Part shown: positions 35,999 through 46,148 of the stretch, in pieces
Position numbering within the stretch: position 1 is the first letter of the stretch
Layout of the letters: every line of letters starts with the position of its first letter
Assembly (NCBI GenBank): GCA_963662285.2
Contig: CAXXMV010000002.1
Span: 864,001 to 928,000, forward strand
Source of the DNA: a bacterium
Lineage (GTDB): Bacteria > Hinthialibacterota > Hinthialibacteria > Hinthialibacterales > Hinthialibacteraceae
Direction of reading: 5' to 3'
Length of the DNA stretch: 64,000 bases
Notes under the pieces: generated by a model
Told to the model about the DNA's origin: nothing
Seen by the model: the letters and a program-made list of their open reading frames with translations, nothing else
Database searches by the model: none
Program-made: the position numbers and the translations under genes

Positions 35999-37570
35999 TT
36001 AATAATCAACTGAAATAACCTCTACGTTCAGTTTGCCTATCAGGTTAACTATATCCGTCTGTGCGTCGAGCGAGCCTTCCGCCAGTTTAATATGGGCGGC
36101 ATCCATCTCGATGCGGTTTAAGGTGGCATCGATTGGAATCCAGCGTCCGGCGATAAAGACTTCGTTCCAGGCGTGGTAGTAGAATCCGTCACCTTGATAT
36201 ACTAAGCCGGCGCAGACTTTGGCGGGCAGCCCGATGGCTCTGCTCAGCGCGGCGAACAGGGTGGAGTGTTCGTTGCAGTCGCCTTTCATGGATGCCAGCA
36301 CTTCGACAGCCGATGGTATGGTAACCCGCATCTCTTTGTTGATGTTGAGGTATAACCAGTCGCCGATGGCTCTGGCGGCTTGCCAACGGTTGGCGGCATC
36401 CCTGGTGATCTCTCGAGCTTTCTCGATAATCAGGGGATTATTGCTTTGAACCAGGGATTCTTCCTTAAGGTATTTCTGATTTTCGTCATCATTGACAGCA
36501 TATGGCGCAGTTTCAGCAGGAAGCGAATCAGTTAAAGACTTATAATCCTGTTTTTTAATTCGCAGCACCAGATGATCGTCGCCTTGGCTCAGTAAAGATT
36601 GAAACGTGTTATCTATTACAACATCGCCGGTGGCTGCGCCGATTAACTTGATGTCCATCGACTTTACTTTGTTTGGATTATTAATCGGTTTATCAACCGC
36701 AATTTTTGATGCTTTGATGAGATCCATTTCCGGTGCAGGTTGATTAAGCACTTCTTTAGATACGAAGTCCATGTTCTCCGCTTCTTCTCTGGTTTCGCGC
36801 ACTGCGGTCGATGTAATGCCGATTACCGAGCTGATTTCCTTGAAAACATCTCCCGCTTCATTGATCCACGATGTGGTTTGGATGCCTTTAAGGTTTATGT
36901 CTAGTTTATAGGTATCAGCGACTGTTCCGTTGGGTAGTTTCAATTTTTCTTTATCCAATACCTTTATTTCTACATTACTGAAAGACATGGTCATGGCTTC
37001 GAATACCGGATAAGAGTAACTCTTGCCGATCTCAAGACCATCCCGCGCCACCAGTAAGTGGATCATGTCGGCATGATAAATATCTCCGGAATTGGGGATG
37101 ATAGTATTTGACGTGTCTTGTTCTGATTTAGTAGTTATATGGAGTCCATCGTCTTGCACATCAACGAAAACGGTTAATTTCTGTCCGCTGGCTTCATAGG
37201 AAAAACTAAAATTACGTAGTGATAAATCTTCGTTAACTTCACCGGCTTGATGCATCTTGAGTGTTATAGGCATACCCAGCGCTTCAATTTGCAAAAATGA
37301 ATTAGATTCAAAAAGATAATATTTGCCCGGCAGCCGGGTTTTTGATTCCACATGATCTTCTTTGAGGATATAGCGGGAGAAGCCGATTTTTTTATTGCCC
37401 AGATAAAAGCCCATATAATCCTGGCGCATGATCAGCGCTCCGTCGTTGATATCTATATAAGCGTCTTTGGTTAAGAATGACTGGCTGACGACATCTGTGT
37501 GAAGCAGCCATAAGAAAACCAGCCATATAACAAAGGCAATTGGAGTTGAGCGGTATTTGAATATTCTCAT
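35999..37570 (-). CDS. Exported transglutaminase-like protein
   Basis: GDCNEHSTLF, YHAWNE, PIDAT (Cys-His-Asp triad); N-terminal signal/TM segment. Confidence 0.88.
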   Translation of the reverse strand: MRIFKYRSTPIAFVIWLVFLWLLHTDVVSQSFLTKDAYIDINDGALIMRQDYMGFYLGNKKIGFSRYILKEDHVESKTRLPGKYYLFESNSFLQIEALGMPITLKMHQAGEVNEDLSLRNFSFSYEASGQKLTVFVDVQDDGLHITTKSEQDTSNTIIPNSGDIYHADMIHLLVARDGLEIGKSYSYPVFEAMTMSFSNVEIKVLDKEKLKLPNGTVADTYKLDINLKGIQTTSWINEAGDVFKEISSVIGITSTAVRETREEAENMDFVSKEVLNQPAPEMDLIKASKIAVDKPINNPNKVKSMDIKLIGAATGDVVIDNTFQSLLSQGDDHLVLRIKKQDYKSLTDSLPAETAPYAVNDDENQKYLKEESLVQSNNPLIIEKAREITRDAANRWQAARAIGDWLYLNINKEMRVTIPSAVEVLASMKGDCNEHSTLFAALSRAIGLPAKVCAGLVYQGDGFYYHAWNEVFIAGRWIPIDATLNRIEMDAAHIKLAEGSLDAQTDIVNLIGKLNVEVISVDY

Positions 37571-37651
37571 GAGACAGTTCCTTTTTCGTCGATACTTTCG
37601 GTTTATACTCTAATTATAAGGTAGTCTATTTAAGAAGCGAGAACAATTGAA

Positions 37652-39508
37652 ATGCAATACTTAAGTTATTTTTTTAATAATTATTTATCAGGGCGCCTGT
37701 TTGTTTTGATAGGTTTGGCGTCCTGTTTTGTCTCCTGTTCTAATGATCGCGTTAATCATAACCTATTCACTGGCAAGAATGTGCTCTTAATTAGCATCGA
37801 CACCTGCCGGGCTGATCATATACAGCCCTACAGCGATGATTACGCCCAAACGCCCAATATCCTCTCTCTAGCGCAGGATGGCGTATGGTTTGAAGATGCG
37901 GTGACTGCGGTTCCGCTAACGCTCCCTTCTCATTGTACCATTTTAACTGGACTTCACCCAATGCGGCATGGGGTGAGAGATAACTTTAACAACGCTTTGA
38001 GCGACGATGCCGTCACGCTGGCTGAATTATTCCAGGAATCGGGATATGCCACTGCCGGTATGATAGGCGCGATTATAATTTCCCGCCGTGAGGGATTAAG
38101 CCAGGGCTTTGATTATTATGATGACCAGTTCAAGGAAGAAGATTTTACTGCGTTGCAGCCAATTGTCGAGCGTAAAGCGGACCGCGTGATCGGTTCTGCT
38201 GTGTCCTGGCTCCAAAAACATGCTGAAGATGAGGCCGGTAAACCGTTTTTTATGTTTGTGCATTTGTATGATCCACACATGATGTATCAACCTCCCGCGC
38301 CTTATGATGAGCAATACGCCGATCATCTCTATGACGGCGAACTGGCTTATACCGATCATTGCCTGGGTCAGTTGATTGCTTTTTTGAAGCAGCAGGACTT
38401 GTATGACGATTTATTGATTGTTCTTGTTGGCGATCATGGCGAGGCGCTTGGTGAACATAAAGAAACCACCCATGGTCTGTTCCTATATGAAGAGGCGGTT
38501 CGCGTTCCATTTATAGTCAAACTACCCGAAGATGAAAAGCGCCCGATCAATAAGGCGATTAAACAAAGCGCAAGTTTAGAGGACGTAACGCCTACTCTGA
38601 TTGAATTGTGTGGTTTGGGTCCGGTGGATACGACTGGAGTCAGTCTGGCGCCCTGGCTGGTGGGTAACGCCCGGATCAAAGAGCGTAATATGGTTTTGGA
38701 AACCCAATATCCCCTGGTTTATAACTGGAGCCCGGCCTACAGCTTAAGAAATGCCTCATGGAAATATATTCACTCGCCGATTCCAGAATTATATAATCTG
38801 GTTTCTGATCCGGATGAGATGATAAACTTGATCGCAACGCCGAATACGCCGCTGGAATCTATGAACGCAGAATTGGAAGATCATCTGTTAGATATGGCTA
38901 ATGCTGTAAGTCTGGCTTCTGATATGCCGATTTCGCCTGACCGGGTGGAAATGTTGGCCTCTTTGGGATACGCAGCCGGGGGTAAATCACCGGGTGTTAT
39001 CGGTCCGGAAGAGCAATTGCCTGATGTGAAAGAAAAACTGGACGTCTATCTACTGGTCGATAAAGGGCTGGGGATGATGGCGCGGGGATTCGACCATAAA
39101 TCTATAGATTTATTTCTCCAAGCGATAGATAAAGACCCGGATAATCCTACTCCATACGCTAACCTTGGTCTGGCTTACTCCAAAACCCGGCAATGGAAGA
39201 AAGCCATCCAGTATACCAAAAAAGCGTTGGAGTTGTCTCCGCAGAATATTCTGGCTAATTTGCAATTAACCCGGATATATATACGAAGCAACTACCATGA
39301 CAAGGCGAAACGGCTGCTGGAGATAATAATCAGCGATTTTCCTAAACTGGCTGAAGCCCATTGCCAGTTAGGCCAGGTTTATCTAGAAAAAAACGACTAC
39401 TCAACCGCATTACAAGAATTTGAACTGGCCCGAAAATGGATGCCAGATATGCCGGGGATCGATGGACTTATCAAAACCACCCAAGAGAGCATGGCCGCTA
39501 ATAACTGA
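37652..39508 (+). CDS. Sulfatase-like hydrolase with C-terminal TPRs (possible lipoprotein)
   Basis: SIDTCRADH, TLPSHCTILTG, HLYDPH, GDHGE; TPR motifs YANLGLAY, AHCQLGQVY. Confidence 0.88.
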   Translation: MQYLSYFFNNYLSGRLFVLIGLASCFVSCSNDRVNHNLFTGKNVLLISIDTCRADHIQPYSDDYAQTPNILSLAQDGVWFEDAVTAVPLTLPSHCTILTGLHPMRHGVRDNFNNALSDDAVTLAELFQESGYATAGMIGAIIISRREGLSQGFDYYDDQFKEEDFTALQPIVERKADRVIGSAVSWLQKHAEDEAGKPFFMFVHLYDPHMMYQPPAPYDEQYADHLYDGELAYTDHCLGQLIAFLKQQDLYDDLLIVLVGDHGEALGEHKETTHGLFLYEEAVRVPFIVKLPEDEKRPINKAIKQSASLEDVTPTLIELCGLGPVDTTGVSLAPWLVGNARIKERNMVLETQYPLVYNWSPAYSLRNASWKYIHSPIPELYNLVSDPDEMINLIATPNTPLESMNAELEDHLLDMANAVSLASDMPISPDRVEMLASLGYAAGGKSPGVIGPEEQLPDVKEKLDVYLLVDKGLGMMARGFDHKSIDLFLQAIDKDPDNPTPYANLGLAYSKTRQWKKAIQYTKKALELSPQNILANLQLTRIYIRSNYHDKAKRLLEIIISDFPKLAEAHCQLGQVYLEKNDYSTALQEFELARKWMPDMPGIDGLIKTTQESMAANN

Positions 39509-39574
39509 TAGTTGCTGATGCGGGAAACGCTTATTAGTAAGAATTGATAAACCTGAATTTCTTGCTTTACATGC

Positions 39575-39619
39575 AAAAAATCCCCGGAGGCGGGATCGGG
39601 CGTTCCACGCTCCGGGGAT
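39575..39619 (-). terminator. Intrinsic terminator with a large loop
   Basis: Minus strand ATCCCCGGAG...CTCCGGGGAT followed by a T tract. Confidence 0.65.
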
Positions 39620-39742
39620 ATCGAAACGCGCGGTCAGGTAATCCTCTACATCCAGGTTGCCTTTTTGCAATTCATCCCGAATCTGATTCATCAGCGCCGC
39701 CCTAACCGAGAGAACCTTGTTGATGATTCCAAAGCCCGGTCT
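39575..39742 (-). ncRNA. Candidate orphan structured RNA
   Basis: Nested helices on the minus strand (CGGTTAGG/CCTGACCG, AATC/GATT, TTCGGG/CCTGGA, TTGC/GCAA) ending in a terminator; family not identified. Confidence 0.3.
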
Positions 39743-39768
39743 TGTTACAGCGTAGTGATTAGTGCTTG

Positions 39769-39835
39769 GTATGGGGCGGGTGGATTGATTGATGAATTAA
39801 ATTTTTGGCGGGGCGATGAGACTGGCCCACCATAC
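39769..39835. repeat. Degenerate REP doublet (GTATGG variant)
   Basis: GTATGGGGCGGG ... GGCCCACCATAC, related to the REP at 9515. Confidence 0.45.
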
Positions 39836-39917
39836 GCGTGAGTGGAATCATGCCTTATTGTTTTCGTGGATTTCGTAGACCGCTATACCAAAATATAACG
39901 TAAAACATTGAATAATT

Positions 39918-40823
39918 CTATGTTTTTTGAACTCTAGGCAAGCCAAGATAATGCAGCAGCAGGTGGCCGGTTATGACTTCTAGCCGGGGATCTTCGGTCA
40001 GTGATATTCTGATGGTGTCGCCGATTCCCATCTGCAATAGGGCGCTCAATCCAGCCCATGAATTTACCACGGCGGCGCGGCCGCAACCCGCTTCGGTGAC
40101 TCCCAGGTGTAGGGGGTAATCATTCTTTTCTGCGAAAATCTTGTATGCGTCAATCACCCAGCGGGCGTCGTTGGCTTTTAGTGAAACCAGGATGTCTTCG
40201 ACGCCTTCTTCGGCGATTAAGCGCGTGGAATTTTCGGCGCTGATGGCTAAGGCTTCGGCGGAGTGATGGCCGTATTTTTCCAGCAGGTCGCGATCCAGCG
40301 ACCCGGCGTTAACCCCGACCCGCACGGGAACTTTATGCGCGACGGCTTCACGGGCTATCTGTTTCAATAATTTAGGATCGCGGATATTGCCCGGATTGAT
40401 CCTCAGTTTATCGGTTCCCGCTTCAATTGCGGCCAGCGCCATAGAAGAACGGAAATGAATATCGGCGACTACCGGGATAGGCGAGTTTTGGATGATGCGC
40501 GCCAGCGTGTCCGCTGATTCCTGGTTGGGGATGCTGACGCGGGTGATGTCGCAATAGAAGGGCGCTAATTCGCGTACCAAGTCCCAGCATTGCATCTCCT
40601 TAAGGATATTCTGTTCCCGGTCGCCAAGGTCTTCGGGCATAACCTTGGCGGTAGATTCAATCTGCTGCATTACGGCGTCGTAATCAGTAGTCGGAACTTT
40701 GACCATGGTCTGCACCGGGATGGGGGCGCCGCAGCCGATAGGGATGTCGCGCACAGTGACCATGCGGGTTTTGCGCCGTTCGGCGGTAATTTTTTTTATA
40801 GTGAATTTGCTTGATGTAGTCAT
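39918..40823 (-). CDS. ispG: IspG (HMBPP synthase) TIM-barrel domain only; Fe-S domain missing
   Basis: PVQTM, VADIHF, RINPGN, RVGVNAGS, HLGVTEAG, GDTIRISL; stops before the CxxC motif. Confidence 0.8.
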   Translation of the reverse strand: MTTSSKFTIKKITAERRKTRMVTVRDIPIGCGAPIPVQTMVKVPTTDYDAVMQQIESTAKVMPEDLGDREQNILKEMQCWDLVRELAPFYCDITRVSIPNQESADTLARIIQNSPIPVVADIHFRSSMALAAIEAGTDKLRINPGNIRDPKLLKQIAREAVAHKVPVRVGVNAGSLDRDLLEKYGHHSAEALAISAENSTRLIAEEGVEDILVSLKANDARWVIDAYKIFAEKNDYPLHLGVTEAGCGRAAVVNSWAGLSALLQMGIGDTIRISLTEDPRLEVITGHLLLHYLGLPRVQKT

Positions 40824-42637
40824 ATTTGTCTAGCCCTGATCTGTTTCTGCAATTCTTCTGCTTTTTGGTTTTGTTGCTCTGCTTCACTACCGCGCTGCAA
40901 CCTGCGGTAAAATTCCGCTGCTCTCAGGTAGTAATCCGGCCTGGCGGGAAACAAGCGCTGTGCGGTTAATATCTCATCTAACGCCCGGTCAGTATATCCT
41001 AGCGCGAAGTAAGCGTCTGCGTAATCAGCCCGGATTGAAGCCCGAAGCGGCGCCCAGCGGACTGCTTGCTTCATATATTCCAAACGGCGCGCCTGAGCCG
41101 TAGGGGTGGGGATTGCGCTCCATAACAGACCCAGGCGCCGCCAAGATTCCGCATCCGTCCGGTCAAACAGCACGGCGTTTTCATAGGCTTGGCGCGCGTT
41201 AAGTTTTTGATCGCCCACCAGTAGATAGTGCCCGTTTAAGCGCGAGGTTTCGTTCCAGAAGCGGCATACTCCAAGCAATATCCAGATGATTGCCAAAGTA
41301 ATAGCGAAACTAGTGATAAACCAGGTTGAATGTTGTATCTGTTTTTGAGTAATTTTAGGGCGGTGGGAGATTCCCAATAAGAAAGCCGGGATGATCCACA
41401 TGCCCATTAAGTTATTATGAAAATCCACCAGGGATAAAAGCAGCAGTGAAATAAATGCGCCCAGCGCGGCCAGTGATTCAACTTTAATCTTGGTTCCTGG
41501 TTTCTGTTTGCTTTGTTTGCAGTAAAACCATAGCGGCGTTAAGACTAACCATAGAGATAGCAGCAGGCCGACTACTCCGCCTTCAGCCGCCGCTTCCAGC
41601 ACAAAGTTATGCGCATAATGCGCTTCCAGGTCGCCGGGGCGTAATACGCTGCAATAGGCTGCTTCATAGCCCTCAACGCCGACGCCCAGCCAGGGGTGAC
41701 CGGAGAAAGCCAGTAACGCCCCACGGAAAAAATGCGTCCGGGCTACGATGGTTGAGATAGTCAGCAGCCGCCCGCCAAAGAAGCCGCTTGGAATAAAAGC
41801 GATTACCAGCGTCATTACGATTGATGCGCCTATGATTATTCCAACCAGGTATTTCCATTTGAAAGTAAATCCCCGGTTATGCAGTTCATATCCAGCCATT
41901 AGCATTATTGACGCTGCAAGTACCATAAGCCCGCTGCGCGAAAAACTGCCATAGATTCCCCATAGCATCGCGGCGCCCATAATCGCTAATAAACCATGAA
42001 TAGCCCTGTTTTGCGCATGCTTCCATAAAGCCCACAGCGGCCATAAAGATAAAACCAGGTACCCGGCGAAATGATTGGGGTTGCCGAAGCGCCCCATAGC
42101 CCGGTTGGCTTCCAATGAGCGTATCATTTCACTGCGCATGTTATCGGGGAAAAATTGAGATGTTTTCAGCGATTCTATAGATGTTCCATGACCCATCCAC
42201 TGGACATATAAACCATGCAGAGCCGCTATAGCGCCGCCAATGGCCAATGCCCAGATCAATAGGCTCTGGGAACGCTCTGATAGGGGCATCACCAGCGCAA
42301 TGCCGTATACCAGCCAAATGCAGCATACCAGCATCGCTTTATCTTTGGCCCGGTAAACATCGGGACTGTAGAAATAACTCATGCAAATAAAGGCGAAGAG
42401 AATTACCAATGGCGCAAATAATGGCGCGGTACGTAGAGCGGTTATCAATCGGCTGCCTCCTATGCTATAGCCGATGATTCCGATGATAAGAAATAACGAC
42501 GAACGGAAAAAGAACTCAAATCCAGAATGAACGTGCTGCGGGAACAGAGGCGACAACAAGAAAAGAGCGGCTAACAAAAGAACCGCGATCAGTGAGATCG
42601 AATTATGTGATTCATCAAAGTTATCTTTTTGCATCAT
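40820..42637 (-). CDS. O-antigen ligase/Wzy_C family membrane protein with a C-terminal TPR region
   Basis: Many TM segments; RAMGRFGNPNHFAGY, SFSRSG, HPWLGVG, YAHNFVLE. Confidence 0.85.
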   Translation of the reverse strand: MMQKDNFDESHNSISLIAVLLLAALFLLSPLFPQHVHSGFEFFFRSSLFLIIGIIGYSIGGSRLITALRTAPLFAPLVILFAFICMSYFYSPDVYRAKDKAMLVCCIWLVYGIALVMPLSERSQSLLIWALAIGGAIAALHGLYVQWMGHGTSIESLKTSQFFPDNMRSEMIRSLEANRAMGRFGNPNHFAGYLVLSLWPLWALWKHAQNRAIHGLLAIMGAAMLWGIYGSFSRSGLMVLAASIMLMAGYELHNRGFTFKWKYLVGIIIGASIVMTLVIAFIPSGFFGGRLLTISTIVARTHFFRGALLAFSGHPWLGVGVEGYEAAYCSVLRPGDLEAHYAHNFVLEAAAEGGVVGLLLSLWLVLTPLWFYCKQSKQKPGTKIKVESLAALGAFISLLLLSLVDFHNNLMGMWIIPAFLLGISHRPKITQKQIQHSTWFITSFAITLAIIWILLGVCRFWNETSRLNGHYLLVGDQKLNARQAYENAVLFDRTDAESWRRLGLLWSAIPTPTAQARRLEYMKQAVRWAPLRASIRADYADAYFALGYTDRALDEILTAQRLFPARPDYYLRAAEFYRRLQRGSEAEQQNQKAEELQKQIRARQI

Positions 42638-42639
42638 TC

Positions 42640-44595
42640 TCAAAGTGAAGCCAAGTGATTAGAAAGCCATGATTCCAGCATCGCCATAGCAATGCACAGG
42701 AAAATAAGCAGCAAACGAAGGTCGATCCCGCCGTAAAATGAATCAATCTCCTTATCAATGGTTGATATATCAGCAAAGCGGATGCCGTATTGATCGGTAA
42801 GTTGCTGTTTCTCCCCGTTGGTCAGCAAGGTTAAATCAGATTCGACTCTGGCGCTGTAGTGTTTGAGTTGGCTGTTGATTTTTGACCGCGCAACTTCTTT
42901 GCCGATTTCCCACAATATTGGAGGCAGAATGGGTGAAAGCAGGGCGTTCGATTCGAGTAGTAATGATGTGTTGATTATCCAAATCCGCCCTTTTCCAATA
43001 GTTGACTGAGAGACTAGGTATGCTGTTTCTTCGCCGGATTTATAAGTGATCAACGGCTGCGCCCCATCGACTGTCATACGGCCATGACGATTGGGCGTCC
43101 AGTCCAGCCACATTGTTGTATCCCATGAAGATAATGTTTTAGCGAGTCGCCCGCTTTCGCTGATTGAGATCGAATCGGATTTAATATCAGAATCGGTCTG
43201 GTTTAACCATTGCCACCCGACTGAATCCAGCAAAAGATTCCAGGGTGTATTGGTCTGATTGTCGCTGCCAGTGAAGAGAACCACTGCACCGCCATTTTTT
43301 GTATATTCCATTGCTTGATCAGCGTTATCAGGGGCGAACTGCCCTTGTGCAAGGTTGTCGGCCAGAATAACCATATCCAAAGCCGCATCATAGGATATAT
43401 CCGGCAAGATCAGATTTTGAATGGTTACAGGCGGAGATTCTTTTGTCCCTTGCAAAGGATTAATGGCGGATGTCAGAATCGCCAAAACTGAATCATCCTC
43501 TTCTTGTTTTGAAACGATGCCTACCGTGAACCTGGATATTGCAGGAATTTGAATCTGGAGTTCATTGTCAAATGGCAACAGATCAAGCGGTTCCGCTCTT
43601 AGAACCAAGTCAATATCCTGTTTCTGATTGCTTGCTTGTTGCGATTCGCGCAAAAGTGAAAATTGGGTTGTGAATTGAAAAGGGATTTTAACCTGATTTT
43701 GCTGTATATCGGGATACGCAATTGAACGGGAATAAAGCGTCTCATCTGAGCTGGTGCGCAAGATGGAGATGGTTCCATTATCCAATGGTTCCTGCATCAT
43801 AGCGCCTGCGTTGCCAGTTATTGTTTCCCATCCGGCAATACCCCAGGGTGGCGACGATATCTCGCTTATTTCACACCAAGTGTTTGTAATTGGCGCCTCG
43901 CCGACAGTGACTACAAGCATCGGAGGCGTTGAGCCGTCCTCGATAACGCCATCCAGTATTGCCGACCATGGATAACGCTGCCCGTCGGTTATTAAAATAA
44001 TATTATTCATATCGATTGCTGACTGGTTTATGGCATCGAATAATGGGAGGACGGACGTTCCCTCTTCCTCAGGAGAGACGGAAAACAAGGCGTCTCGTTC
44101 TACCGCCGATAAAAATGATAACTGCGTCGTCCGGTTTGATTTGATTAGCGATTGATCCCATCGAATTGTTTGACTGGAGAAGCCGTATAGTTTGTTATTT
44201 ACTTGTTCCCAGGTTTGCTCCGCCTTACGCCACCAGGAATCGCCGCCTTGTCCATACCCCATACTGTAGGATGAATCCATCACAATGAGATAGTGTTGAA
44301 GAGTACGGCCAAAGGGAAGATAGGATAGAAATCCAGACTGGCTTTTTCCATCCCGCATCCATTTCGGGCCTGCTAAAGCAAAAATCAGCATAGCGATTAA
44401 TATGGTGCGCAGAATCAATAATAATAATTCCTGCAATTGGGGATTTATCAGTTCTTTATCTTCTGATTCACGCAAAAAATGAACCATAGGGAAATCTATA
44501 TGCCGGATGCGCTCTTCCTGTCTGCGCCGGAAAATCCAGGGAAGAGCCAAGAAGGGAAGCATCCACAACAACAAGGGGTTAGCAAATGTAAACAT
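42640..44595 (-). CDS. BatA/vWA domain membrane protein
   Basis: MFTFANP BatA start, DSSYSM MIDAS, ITDGQ, C-terminal TM segment. Confidence 0.85.
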   Translation of the reverse strand: MFTFANPLLLWMLPFLALPWIFRRRQEERIRHIDFPMVHFLRESEDKELINPQLQELLLLILRTILIAMLIFALAGPKWMRDGKSQSGFLSYLPFGRTLQHYLIVMDSSYSMGYGQGGDSWWRKAEQTWEQVNNKLYGFSSQTIRWDQSLIKSNRTTQLSFLSAVERDALFSVSPEEEGTSVLPLFDAINQSAIDMNNIILITDGQRYPWSAILDGVIEDGSTPPMLVVTVGEAPITNTWCEISEISSPPWGIAGWETITGNAGAMMQEPLDNGTISILRTSSDETLYSRSIAYPDIQQNQVKIPFQFTTQFSLLRESQQASNQKQDIDLVLRAEPLDLLPFDNELQIQIPAISRFTVGIVSKQEEDDSVLAILTSAINPLQGTKESPPVTIQNLILPDISYDAALDMVILADNLAQGQFAPDNADQAMEYTKNGGAVVLFTGSDNQTNTPWNLLLDSVGWQWLNQTDSDIKSDSISISESGRLAKTLSSWDTTMWLDWTPNRHGRMTVDGAQPLITYKSGEETAYLVSQSTIGKGRIWIINTSLLLESNALLSPILPPILWEIGKEVARSKINSQLKHYSARVESDLTLLTNGEKQQLTDQYGIRFADISTIDKEIDSFYGGIDLRLLLIFLCIAMAMLESWLSNHLASL

Positions 44596-44649
44596 TAGTT
44601 ATATGTCCGGGCCTTAAGGCAATGATAAGATTAGAGTAATAGGGTAGCA

Positions 44650-45174
44650 CTAGTTGGCGATAGACTGGAGGCGGGAGCTAAGTTGAAGCGCTTCTTCGTT
44701 GGAAGGTTCAATTTCTAAAGCCTTGCGCATTGATTCTAGCGCTTTGCTGGTTTTGCCTTCAAGGTAATAAATCTTGCCCATGGCAATATGGGTTTCCGGA
44801 TCGACAGGATCGAGGGTTAACGATTTATTTATAAGTTGTTTAGCGGTATCAAATTTCTCCCGTTTAGCGAAAACCAGGGCCAGGTTGCGTGGATAAGCTG
44901 CATTTAAGCGATTTAGTTCGTATGCTTTTTGGAAACGGCGCTCAGCTAAATCCAGATCATTTCTCTCGAATGCGATAATCCCCAGTTGATTCCAGGATTC
45001 ATCGTTCTTGGAATCAACCTGCACGGCTTCCATAAAGGCCATTTCCGCTTCCTGGTTAAGTTTCTCCTTATGAAACTCGATACCGCGATTATATGCTGAA
45101 TATGGAGAATTAGCGCACGCATATAATACCAATAGTATTATCATCAACAAATAGCATCGGATTAAAAAATACAT
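44650..45174 (-). CDS. TPR protein (possible lipoprotein)
   Basis: LYAC lipobox-like motif; TPR repeats WNQLGII, NLALVF, MGKIYY. Confidence 0.8.
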   Translation of the reverse strand: MYFLIRCYLLMIILLVLYACANSPYSAYNRGIEFHKEKLNQEAEMAFMEAVQVDSKNDESWNQLGIIAFERNDLDLAERRFQKAYELNRLNAAYPRNLALVFAKREKFDTAKQLINKSLTLDPVDPETHIAMGKIYYLEGKTSKALESMRKALEIEPSNEEALQLSSRLQSIAN

Positions 45175-45224
45175 ACTATGTTATCTTTCAACATCGCCGA
45201 ACATACTGATTCAACGCAAGTTTA

Positions 45225-46091
45225 CTATTTCCCACCGGGAACGCGGAACTGGCAGACGCGTTCTTTGCCAGAGGCGTCATTGTGGATAACGAAATCCTCG
45301 AATCGGCGACGACGAACTTCGGTTCGTATTGACATCATCTGCTCGGGATCGGCTTCCAGAAGGATATATGCGCCAGGATTCAATATAGGCGCTGCGCCAT
45401 CCAGCACACTACGTATGAAAGTTAAGCCTTCCCGACCGCCATCAAGTGCGATTACCGGTTCGAAATCCTTGATTTGACTCGGTAACTTTGCGATATCATT
45501 CGATTTGACATAAGGCGGATTAGAAACCAGAATATCAAATCCGGTGCTCAGCGCATTACGCAAGGGAGCAAAGATCGGGCCTTCGCGCAACTCAACATAG
45601 TTTTGTAATTCATAGCGACGCACATTTATCGAGGCTACTTGAAGGGCGATATTGGATACATCAGTGCCCCAGAATTCACCATAATCCATATTCATCGCCA
45701 GTGATATAAGGACATTGCCGCTGCCAGTGCAGAGATCATAGATTTTCGGCGTATCACCCAATGTTTTTGCAATATCCAATGTCGCATCGACCAGCGTCTC
45801 TGTTTCCGGGCGTGGAATGAAAACCCCGTTGCTGATCGAAAACTGGATTGAATAGAATTCCACTTCTCCTGTGATATAGGGCATTGGTTCATGATGCGAA
45901 CGCCGTTGTAAAATCGCTTGCAGTTTCGAATCTTCCGAATTCGTCAAAGGGCGATTCGCTGAAGAAAGAACTTGAGAGCGCGTCAGCGACGTTGCATGAG
46001 CCACTAATAACTCCGCCGATAATCTTGGCGATTCCACTTTCTTTGTTTCCAGTACAGACGTGCAGTGTTCGACAGCCTCCAGAACATTCAT
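45225..46091 (-). CDS. prmC: Release factor glutamine methyltransferase
   Basis: VFIPRPETE, DLCTGSG, SNPPY, ALDGG; follows prfA. Confidence 0.95.
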   Translation of the reverse strand: MNVLEAVEHCTSVLETKKVESPRLSAELLVAHATSLTRSQVLSSANRPLTNSEDSKLQAILQRRSHHEPMPYITGEVEFYSIQFSISNGVFIPRPETETLVDATLDIAKTLGDTPKIYDLCTGSGNVLISLAMNMDYGEFWGTDVSNIALQVASINVRRYELQNYVELREGPIFAPLRNALSTGFDILVSNPPYVKSNDIAKLPSQIKDFEPVIALDGGREGLTFIRSVLDGAAPILNPGAYILLEADPEQMMSIRTEVRRRRFEDFVIHNDASGKERVCQFRVPGGK

Positions 46092-46148
46092 TCTTAATAC
46101 TCCAATTCAATAAATTATTAATTGAATGTTTGGTTATTCTTTCGCCCC

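Noticed and set aside
39410-39691. 93-aa minus-strand ORF
   Set aside because: No clear RBS, runs through a terminator and overlaps the sulfatase-TPR gene antisense
39740-39840. tmRNA or SAM-I riboswitch (CCA-ending segments, GAGACTGGCCC)
   Set aside because: No T-arm, valid tag frame or remaining SAM-I elements; better explained as a degenerate REP doublet
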